IMG/VR virus record: IMGVR_UViG_3300042554_003005
Location: 1-25,207 of that record
Length of the DNA: 25,207 bases
Direction: 5' to 3' (one strand)
From: a virus
Lineage: Duplodnaviria; Caudoviricetes
Shown here: positions 1-6,871 of the stretch, piece after piece
Layout: every line of letters begins with the position of its first letter
Numbering within the stretch: the first letter of the stretch is position 1
The notes under the pieces: generated by a model
The model's input: the letters and a program-made list of their open reading frames with translations, nothing else
The model's database searches: none
What the model was told of the DNA's origin: nothing
Position numbers and translations under genes: made by a program

Positions 1-5
1 TCCAG

Positions 6-362
6 ATGGTGCTCGCGCAAGTCGACAAGGAGGAGGCCGACGACCGAGTCGAGCGCGCCAAGCGGTTCAACGGGGTCCGCAACGAGGCGCGCAGCAGGGC
101 CACGGCACAGCTGGTCGGTCTGCTCGACGCGGCCATGATCCTGCTCGACGAGGACGCCGACCCGGCGCCGGCGCCGCCCCCCGCCGCGAAGACCGCCGCC
201 CCGCTGAAGGCCGCGGCCGAGCCGCAGACCGCGCAGCCGACCGCGCAGCCGACCGCACCGAAGACCGGCGGCCCCCGTCCGGTCGCGCGCGCGCTGCCCT
301 CCACGCCGAGGCCTGCCCCCGCTGACAGCGAGCTGCCCGACGCCGGGTCGGTGTTCGGATGA
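6..362 (+). CDS. Hypothetical protein, probably 5'-truncated by the window edge, with Pro/Ala/Thr-rich C-terminus
   Basis: Frame is open from the window start. GC3-rich codons. Stop overlaps the next start (ATGA, 359-362). Confidence 0.7.
   Translation: MVLAQVDKEEADDRVERAKRFNGVRNEARSRATAQLVGLLDAAMILLDEDADPAPAPPPAAKTAAPLKAAAEPQTAQPTAQPTAPKTGGPRPVARALPSTPRPAPADSELPDAGSVFG
227..256 (+). repeat. 12-bp tandem repeat GACCGCGCAGCC x2.5, encoding TAQP-TAQP-TA
   Basis: Direct repeat read from the sequence; in frame within the low-complexity tail of ORF 6-362. Confidence 0.85.
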
Positions 363-2206
363 TCGCCGCGCTCTCGCTCGCCGGGTTCGCCGGCATCGAG
401 CAGGCCGTGGTGGAGCTCGACCCCACTGGCCACACCACCATCACCGGCCACAGCCAGGCCGGGAAATCGACCCTCATCGAGGCGGCCTGCTACGCGCTCT
501 GGGAGACCGGGACCGACGGCAAGTCGCTCGACACCTCAGCGGTGCGGGACGGCGCCGAGGAGCTCGAGGTCGGCCTCCGCACCGCGAAGGGCGCCACCAT
601 CTGGCGCCGCCTCCGCTCCCGCGGTGGGAGCACCCGCGCGCTTCAGTCGTCGGACGCCGTCGAGCCCGCTCCCGTGCAGACGGCCGACCAGATGGCGGCG
701 AAGCTCGGGGCCATCGGGCTGCAGCCGGACATCGGGCGGCTCATCCTCGCCCCGCTGGGCTGGGTGCCGCTCCTGCAGGCCGAGCTCGGCCGCCCGCTTC
801 GCGACCTGCTCACCCAGATCATGCCCGCCGGCGACCTCGGCGCGGTGGTCGTCGAGCTGATGGAGGGCGCGGGCCAGGTGTCCATGCCGGGCGACCCGCA
901 CACGGCGGACGCCGCGCTCAAGCTGCAGACGCAGCGCAACTCCGAGCGCGACCGGGCCGCGGGGAGGCTGCAAGCCCTGCGGACCGCCAGCGACACATCA
1001 GCCGCGGCCGGTCCCACCGACGATGAGATCGAGAACGCGAAGGCCTTCGTGACGGTCGACGAGCAGTGGGCGAAGTTCGATCGCGAGGTGGCCGGGCACG
1101 CCGACGTCCTCGCTCGCTACGAGGCTGCTCGACGCGCCCGCGCCGAGGCGCTCATCGCCAACGACGCGTGGAAGCAGCGGCATGCGGCTCTCCCGCCTGC
1201 GCCGAAGCCCGACCTCGAGCAGCAGAAGGCGGTCGCCGAGCTGCGCGCGGCGAAGACGGAGGCGGAGCAGGCGGACGAGATGGCGCGCTCTGCCGTCACC
1301 AACGGCGAGCGGGCGAAGGCTGGCCTCGACGCGGCCGAGGCTGCCCACAAGGCGCTGGTGGACGGCGGCAGCAACTGCCCGACCTGCAACCGTGGGGAGT
1401 GGCAGGGCGCAGCGGAAAAGGTGAGCGACTCCGCGAAGCGCCTGGCCCTGCAGCGCAGCTCCGTGAACGCCGTCATCGACCAGGCCATGCAAGCCGAGGC
1501 AAAGAGGCAGAAGGCGGCCGCGCGCCTCAAGGCCGCCGAGAAGGCGGCCGCAGGCTTCGCCGACACCGAGGTCGCTGCGGCTGCGCGCCGTGATGCTCTC
1601 GCCGCTCTCGGTCTGGAGCCTACGGTACCGCCCGAGTCGACCGCGCCGACCGGAGTCCCCACCGCTCCCGACTGGGCGCGGCCGAGTTCGGAGGAGTCAC
1701 GTCACGCCCGCAGCGTGCTGGACGAGGCGGCAGCGGCCCGCGGTGCTTCCGAGCGCCAGGCGCGCATGGCGGCCGACGTCAAGCAGGCGGAGGCCGCGCT
1801 CGAAGCAGCGACGGCCGAGGCCACCCGCGTGGTGGTGCTCGTCGACGCCTGTCGCCGCGCGCCGACGGAGCTCGCCCGCAAGCAGGCCGACTGCTTCGGC
1901 GACACGGGCCCGGTGTCGCTCCGGTTCCCGCCGAAGGAGAATCGCGCCTCGCGCGAGATGGAGGTGCTCGTTGACGGTCGGCCCTGGCGGCGGGCGAGCC
2001 GTGGCCGGCTCATCTACGCCGACGCCGTCCTCCGCTGCGCCCTGCGTCGCGCAGCGGCGGCGAAGTTCGGGCCGGCGTTCAGCCGGTTGCCCGTCTTCGT
2101 GGACGACGTGCAGTCCTGGACGGGCGAGTGGGACGGCGTCGAGGCGCCCGCGGTGTACCTGGTGACGCAGGCCGACGTGGAGCTGAGCAGCTCGGTGGGT
2201 GCGTGA
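359..2206 (+). CDS. Rad50/SbcC-like SMC-family ABC ATPase
   Basis: Walker A GHSQAGKST, long Ala/Glu/Lys coiled coil, central zinc-hook CPTC (1376-1387), degenerate signature ASRGR, Walker B PVFVDD. Confidence 0.85.
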   Translation: MIAALSLAGFAGIEQAVVELDPTGHTTITGHSQAGKSTLIEAACYALWETGTDGKSLDTSAVRDGAEELEVGLRTAKGATIWRRLRSRGGSTRALQSSDAVEPAPVQTADQMAAKLGAIGLQPDIGRLILAPLGWVPLLQAELGRPLRDLLTQIMPAGDLGAVVVELMEGAGQVSMPGDPHTADAALKLQTQRNSERDRAAGRLQALRTASDTSAAAGPTDDEIENAKAFVTVDEQWAKFDREVAGHADVLARYEAARRARAEALIANDAWKQRHAALPPAPKPDLEQQKAVAELRAAKTEAEQADEMARSAVTNGERAKAGLDAAEAAHKALVDGGSNCPTCNRGEWQGAAEKVSDSAKRLALQRSSVNAVIDQAMQAEAKRQKAAARLKAAEKAAAGFADTEVAAAARRDALAALGLEPTVPPESTAPTGVPTAPDWARPSSEESRHARSVLDEAAAARGASERQARMAADVKQAEAALEAATAEATRVVVLVDACRRAPTELARKQADCFGDTGPVSLRFPPKENRASREMEVLVDGRPWRRASRGRLIYADAVLRCALRRAAAAKFGPAFSRLPVFVDDVQSWTGEWDGVEAPAVYLVTQADVELSSSVGA

Positions 2207-2817
2207 TGGACCTGCCCCGCGGCCAGCGCGTCTGCGTCCTCGACACCGAGACCACCGGCTTCCCCGGTCAGTCGTGGTCCCACGTCATCGAGCTGGGCGC
2301 GGTCATCCTCGACCCCGACGGCAGCGAGGTCGACAGCTTCGGCCATCTCGTGATTCCGCCCGTGCTGGACGAGCGGGCCGAGCAGGCGCTGGCGATCAAC
2401 CACATCACCGCCGAGGAGCTGCGGCGCTTCGGCCGGTCGCCTGCGACCGTAGCCAGGGAGTTCGCCGACTGGCTCTGGCAGCACCAGTGCAAGTTCGTAG
2501 CCGCCTACAACCGCCAGTTCGACGAGGCGATGCTTCAGAAGATGGACGGATGGCCGGAGGTCGACGTCCGCTGGCTGAACTGCATCATGCTGGCCTCGAT
2601 GGACGTGATGGCCGCGGCCGGCGCTGCCGAGCGGTTCAGCAAGCACGGGCGCGCGAAGTGGCCAAAGCTCTCGGTGTCGGCGGAGTTCTTCGGCGTCGAG
2701 GTGACCGGTCCCGCTCACCGCGCCGTTACCGACGCGCGCACCGCAGCCGGGGTGATGGTGGCGATCGCCCGTCGCCGGCGGGCGGCGGAGATCGCGCGTG
2801 GCGAGGCGACCCCATGA
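2206..2817 (+). CDS. DEDDh 3'-5' exonuclease (DnaQ/epsilon-like)
   Basis: ExoI LDTETTG, ExoII AYNRQFD, ExoIII HRAVTDA. Start coupled to the upstream stop (TGATG); GTG at 2203 is an alternative start. Confidence 0.92.
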   Translation: MDLPRGQRVCVLDTETTGFPGQSWSHVIELGAVILDPDGSEVDSFGHLVIPPVLDERAEQALAINHITAEELRRFGRSPATVAREFADWLWQHQCKFVAAYNRQFDEAMLQKMDGWPEVDVRWLNCIMLASMDVMAAAGAAERFSKHGRAKWPKLSVSAEFFGVEVTGPAHRAVTDARTAAGVMVAIARRRRAAEIARGEATP

Positions 2818-2917
2818 GCGCCGACCGCAACACCTGGAGTCCAAAGCTCAAGCTCTGCGAGTGGTGCGACCGCCCATCGAAGACCCCCATCTGTGGACCC
2901 TGTTTCCGGAGTGACCC

Positions 2918-3223
2918 ATGTTCGACGACGAAGACGACTGCGACGACCGCTGCCCCGACTGCAACCGGATCGACTGCTGGGGCTGCGACGGCTTCACCGG
3001 GGGCGGGGTCGAATGGGTCTGGTACGACGAGCCGCCAGCCCGCCGCGACTACGCCAGAGTCCGCCGCCGACTCGCAGCGAAGCGACGCCGGGCCGGCCAG
3101 CACCACGCCGCCCTCGCTCGCTTCGGACAACGACTGCAGCGGGCCATCCGTGCGGCATGGCTGCGGCGTCACCCCGGCCCCCACGCCGCCTCCTGCTCCT
3201 GCAACGACTGCGTCCCCTTCTGA
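2918..3223 (+). CDS. Small Cys-rich hypothetical protein (possible metal binding)
   Basis: GGAG upstream of ATG. GC3-rich frame. CPDC..CWGC at the N-terminus and CSCNDC at the C-terminus. Confidence 0.6.
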   Translation: MFDDEDDCDDRCPDCNRIDCWGCDGFTGGGVEWVWYDEPPARRDYARVRRRLAAKRRRAGQHHAALARFGQRLQRAIRAAWLRRHPGPHAASCSCNDCVPF

Positions 3224-3232
3224 GGCCTCCCC

Positions 3233-3490
3233 ATGCGCACCCTCGTCCCCGCCATCGTCGACGACGACGGCAACGACCACACCTGCTTCACCCATCGAGG
3301 CGCCTGCCGCTGCCGCATCAAGCTCCGCGGCGACGTCAACGTCGACTGCGACGGAGACCCCGGCCCCGATGCCTTCGCCCTCCTCGACGCCGAGCTCGCC
3401 GTCCGCGACGCCGTCGGACAGCGAGCCCGAACCGACGCCTACCACCGCCGCGACACTGTCCGCTCCCACCTTCGTCTCCTCCGCTCCTGA
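3233..3490 (+). CDS. Small hypothetical protein
   Basis: GAGG upstream of ATG. GC3-rich frame. Packs tightly between its neighbours. Confidence 0.6.
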   Translation: MRTLVPAIVDDDGNDHTCFTHRGACRCRIKLRGDVNVDCDGDPGPDAFALLDAELAVRDAVGQRARTDAYHRRDTVRSHLRLLRS

Positions 3491-3497
3491 GGTTCCC

Positions 3498-4157
3498 ATG
3501 TCCCCCATCCAGAAGCTGACCGCCTGCACCTGGCCCGGCTGCATCAACACCCCGTCGGGCGCCTTCTGCGGCCGCGACCGCAAGCGAATGGACGCGCTCG
3601 GCTTCTCCGTACGGAAGGGCGAGTTGCCGGACGATGAGACCATTCGGCGCCTCCCTGAGCTTTGGGAGGCGCGCACTGCCGGCCAGGCATCTCCGGCCGA
3701 GCCGCAGGCTGGCGACCTCGAAGACTCCCGGCTGGCGTGCTCGCAGCGCATCGAGGAGCGGGACAAGGCGCGCCGCGATCTGGCTGACGCACGGGCCGTG
3801 CTCGGCCCACGCTTCTCGGGCACCACGGAGAGCTTGACCGGCGACATTCAGGCGCTGCTGGCGTACGTCCGCACCGTCGAGGAGGAGGGCGGCCACTACG
3901 CCCTGCTCTGCCAGCGGGCCCACGACGAGCTCGACCTGGCCAGGGTGATGAGCACCGGCACGCCGGCCGACCGGATTCGCGCTCTGCTCGCGGCGCAGGC
4001 CCACAAGCCAGAGTCGCCCCGGTCCACCGAGCTGGAGCAGTACCTCGCGCGCGAGCTGCTCTCCGAGCTGGAGGAAAACTGCGACAAGAGCGACCCCATC
4101 CTCCGACCGCTCTCCATGCTGCGGGCCATCGTCACGGGTGAGGTGCCCCGTGGGTAA
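3498..4157 (+). CDS. Hypothetical protein with N-terminal Cys cluster (CTWPGC..FC) and helical C-terminus
   Basis: GAGG RBS before ATG 3498. Normal amino-acid composition from here on; forms the 3' part of track ORF 2199-4157. Confidence 0.7.
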   Translation: MSPIQKLTACTWPGCINTPSGAFCGRDRKRMDALGFSVRKGELPDDETIRRLPELWEARTAGQASPAEPQAGDLEDSRLACSQRIEERDKARRDLADARAVLGPRFSGTTESLTGDIQALLAYVRTVEEEGGHYALLCQRAHDELDLARVMSTGTPADRIRALLAAQAHKPESPRSTELEQYLARELLSELEENCDKSDPILRPLSMLRAIVTGEVPRG

Positions 4158-4275
4158 CGCCACGATCGAAGTCCTCCGCCTGTTCGAGCGCGAGCTCGCC
4201 GTGCTCGCGGTGGCCCTTCTCGTCTCCATATTCCTGTGCGGCGGGTGCTGCGGCTGGGTGCTCCATGTCCGCTGA
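4150..4275 (+). CDS. 41-aa single-pass membrane protein (MGNATIEVLRLFERELAVLAVALLVSIFLCGGCCGWVLHVR), absent from the ORF track
   Basis: GAGG RBS at about 4140, GTG start overlapping the upstream stop region, a hydrophobic stretch, and it fills the gap to ORF 4265. Confidence 0.55.
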   Translation: MGNATIEVLRLFERELAVLAVALLVSIFLCGGCCGWVLHVR

Positions 4276-4468
4276 GATCATCCGCCTCATCGTCGACCGC
4301 GATCCCCCGCCGGCGCCTCCGCCCGGGTGGACCGTGGTGCCCGTGGGCGCTCGCTGGGTTGCCCAGCGCCAGTACGTCCCCGGCAGGGTCGCGGGCGCCG
4401 TGGTGCGCGGCGGGAGTGCTGCGGAGGCCTGCGAGGCCGCGCGCCGGTTTGAGGGGGTGCGGGAATGA
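4265..4468 (+). CDS. Small hypothetical protein (67 aa)
   Basis: Operon packing; stop overlaps the next start (ATGA 4465-4468). Confidence 0.55.
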   Translation: MSAEIIRLIVDRDPPPAPPPGWTVVPVGARWVAQRQYVPGRVAGAVVRGGSAAEACEAARRFEGVRE

Positions 4469-4851
4469 CGCCCTGGCTCTCCACCGACGCCGTCGCCGCG
4501 CACCTCGGCATCCCCGCGCGCACCCTGCTCGACATGGCCGACCGTGCGCCCTCCCAACTTCCGGCGCCCCGGATCGGAGTCGGCACCGGCGTGCGGCGCA
4601 TGACCTACCGATGGAAGCCGCTGCCCGTGGTAGAGCGGTGGCTGGAGGAGCTCACGCGATGGCGAGCATCGATCACCCCCGAGGACGCCCCCGCGTCCGG
4701 TGGAAGGACCCCGACGGCACGCCCCACAGCCGCACCTGCTCGACGGAGACCGCCGCGCGCCAGCTCCTCCGCGCCGTGCAGCTCTGCGAGGACACCGGCC
4801 GAATCTGGCAGCCTGAAAGCAGAGCTGCAACGCCTTCGCTCCGGGGGATAG
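4465..4851 (+). CDS. Excisionase-like HTH protein (recombination directionality factor)
   Basis: WLSTDAVAAHLGIPARTL HTH-like start, YRW wing-like motif, and position directly upstream of and overlapping the integrase. Confidence 0.7.
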   Translation: MTPWLSTDAVAAHLGIPARTLLDMADRAPSQLPAPRIGVGTGVRRMTYRWKPLPVVERWLEELTRWRASITPEDAPASGGRTPTARPTAAPARRRPPRASSSAPCSSARTPAESGSLKAELQRLRSGG

Positions 4852-5774
4852 CGCTCAAGTGGATGGCGGCCATCGACCGCCGCCTCTCCCGCCGGACCGT
4901 CGACACCCGGCAGCAGCAGGTTGACCCGTTCCTCGACTGGTACGAGGAGCGCGAGGGCGCCGGCGCCGGCCCGGAGCACCTGTCGCGCGCGCTCATCGAG
5001 GCCTACTGGGACCACGTGCGGACACCGGCTACCGGCCGCTACATCCACCGCCGCACCGAGACCACGGCCCGCAAGCACATCGAGACCTTGCACCTGTTCT
5101 GGGAGTGGGCCTTCGACCGCGAGGAGTACGAGGGCATCGTGCCTCGCTGCCGCAAGATGGAGCTGCCCCGGAAGCCGGCCACGCGTCCGAGGCCGGCGCC
5201 GAGCTGGGCGGAGATGGACATGGCGATCAGCGCCGCGACCGGGTGGCGACGATGCCTCCTCGTGGTGATGCGGTGCACCGGCCTGCGCGTCCAGCAGGCG
5301 ATGGGGCTGCGCTGGGCGGACGTCGAGGGCGCCCGCCTCACCATCGACGGCGAGCTCGGGAAGTCGGCGCAGGAGTCGCGCGGGCGTGTGGTGCCCATCG
5401 CCCCATCGCTGCTCGCGGAGTGGGCGCAGCCATCGATCGCCGAGTGGACGGACGACGCCTGGATCGTCCCCTGCCCGCACGACCACCGGCTGGTCCGGTC
5501 GCGTGACGTGGCGCTCATCTGGACCCGCACCGAAGCCCGGCGAGCGGCGTGGGAGGGCCGGCCCGATCACTGCTTCCGCGCTGGCTACCAGACGGGCCTG
5601 CGCGCGCTCGGCGTGAAGCGCGAGGCCACCGAGTACCTCGTCGGTCACGCCCTGCCCGGCCTCGATGCGTCCTACATCGACCCAGAGCAGGCGCTGCACC
5701 TCACCGCGGCCGTGTCGCTGGTCCCGGCGTTCGCGGTGGCCGAGGCCGTACCGTCGCAACTGCGGCGCGCCTGA
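4659..5774 (+). CDS. int: Tyrosine recombinase / phage integrase
   Basis: GGAGGAG RBS before ATG 4659. N-terminal arm-binding-like beta domain (RVRWKDPDG). Catalytic motifs TGLR, GK, HCFR (HxxR), LVGH and Tyr in DASY. Confidence 0.92.
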   Translation: MASIDHPRGRPRVRWKDPDGTPHSRTCSTETAARQLLRAVQLCEDTGRIWQPESRAATPSLRGIALKWMAAIDRRLSRRTVDTRQQQVDPFLDWYEEREGAGAGPEHLSRALIEAYWDHVRTPATGRYIHRRTETTARKHIETLHLFWEWAFDREEYEGIVPRCRKMELPRKPATRPRPAPSWAEMDMAISAATGWRRCLLVVMRCTGLRVQQAMGLRWADVEGARLTIDGELGKSAQESRGRVVPIAPSLLAEWAQPSIAEWTDDAWIVPCPHDHRLVRSRDVALIWTRTEARRAAWEGRPDHCFRAGYQTGLRALGVKREATEYLVGHALPGLDASYIDPEQALHLTAAVSLVPAFAVAEAVPSQLRRA

Positions 5775-5995
5775 ATGTACCGGGCGCGTACCATTTTCGA
5801 TGCACCGTCAGATTATGCAGGTTGTTCGCCGGTCTGGCGGCAGGCCATGAGAAACGACGTGGGCACCTGACGTGCCGGCGTTGATGCTCGCTCATGCAGT
5901 TCTGAGGCCGTCTTTCCTATGATTCGTGGTCGGCGAGGAGCGACGCGATCGGGTGCGTTTGGCGGGCTTCGATGTACCGGGGATGTACCGGTACA
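5775..5995. other. Probable attP site with arm-type repeats
   Basis: ATGTACCGG at 5775, 5972 and 5983, a degenerate GCGTACCA at 5786, pairs spaced 11 bp apart, located right after int, with a central imperfect inverted repeat (5846-5896). Confidence 0.65.
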
Positions 5996-6570
5996 CGGAC
6001 CCACGACCACTCCATCAGGGTGACCGTGAACCGTTTCTGTCCGCTCGCCCGACAGAGCCCCATCAGGGTGCCCGCCGAGGTCGGCGCCGAAGGGAGATCG
6101 AATTCGACCGGGTTCGCCACCCCCACGCACCCCTCGGACCACGCGCCCACCACAGTGCTCTCCCTCACCGCGCTGGCCCGGTGGATCTGCGTCGTGCTCG
6201 ACGTCGACCGTGTGGGCGTCGCATCGGTGAGGGAGTCGTAGCGATCGACCGGGATGGGCTTGGCGGGCACCAGGCACTCGTACTCCCCGTGGTGGAGGCC
6301 GAGCTTTAGCCCGTCGAGCACCTGCCCCGGCGCCCACACCGCGCAGCCGGCGGGGTTCCTCGGGTTCTGGCGCGGCCCCTTCCCGGGGTCGGTGGTGCAC
6401 CGACAGGCGTGCAGCAGATCGTCGCCGCCGCGCATCACCAGCAGCATGTCGTCGAACTTGTCGACCTTCCCGCGCGCGTTCCGGAGAAGGACGACGTGCA
6501 CGCCTAGGGGCATCGGGTAGCCCATGGCGTCGAAGGCGGCCGCGATGGCGGCAGGGGTCGGGATTCTCAT
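5917..6570 (-). CDS. Putative endolysin with L,D-transpeptidase (YkuD)-like His/Cys motif
   Basis: Last gene of the late operon, after a membrane protein. Motif QIH-x14-SEGC, plus DKFDD, TTDPG and FTVTL segments. Confidence 0.65.
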   Translation of the reverse strand: MRIPTPAAIAAAFDAMGYPMPLGVHVVLLRNARGKVDKFDDMLLVMRGGDDLLHACRCTTDPGKGPRQNPRNPAGCAVWAPGQVLDGLKLGLHHGEYECLVPAKPIPVDRYDSLTDATPTRSTSSTTQIHRASAVRESTVVGAWSEGCVGVANPVEFDLPSAPTSAGTLMGLCRASGQKRFTVTLMEWSWVRVPVHPRYIEARQTHPIASLLADHES

Positions 6571-6863
6571 GCGTCACCTGCACGGCGACGCGAGGCCCGC
6601 TGCTCGATGGCCTCCACGGAGCGCTCAAGGAGCTTGCGGTCCTCATCTGCGAGGACCACGCCCACGCTGATCTTGATGCCCTCCTTGGAGACCTTGCCGA
6701 TCAAAAACGCCCCGTAGGCCAGCGCTCCGATCGGCCCCATGCCCATGAGGTAGCCAGACAGGTCGGTGGGGACGGCCGGGATGGCGGCCCCGTCCTGCGC
6801 CCAGGCGACACTGTAGCTGACGGCCCAGAGGAGGAGCGGGAGGAGGTAGTTGAGACGAGACAT
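6567..6863 (-). CDS. Holin-like small membrane protein
   Basis: GGAG RBS. Hydrophobic N-terminus ending AWA|QD, a second hydrophobic segment, a charged basic C-terminus, and ATGA coupling to the lysin. Confidence 0.6.
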   Translation of the reverse strand: MSRLNYLLPLLLWAVSYSVAWAQDGAAIPAVPTDLSGYLMGMGPIGALAYGAFLIGKVSKEGIKISVGVVLADEDRKLLERSVEAIEQRASRRRAGDA

Positions 6864-6871
6864 GGAGACTC

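Noticed and set aside
4236-4658. N-terminal extension of the integrase in the ORF track
   Set aside because: Overlaps two better genes; a strong RBS and a typical Int N-terminus point to ATG 4659.
5799-5823. dif-like site suggested by TTATGCAGGTT
   Set aside because: Only TTATG matches the XerD arm; there is no matching ATAA XerC arm.
5794-5971. tRNA gene or tRNA 3' fragment as att core
   Set aside because: No GTTCRA T-loop with a paired stem, and no acceptor end, on either strand.
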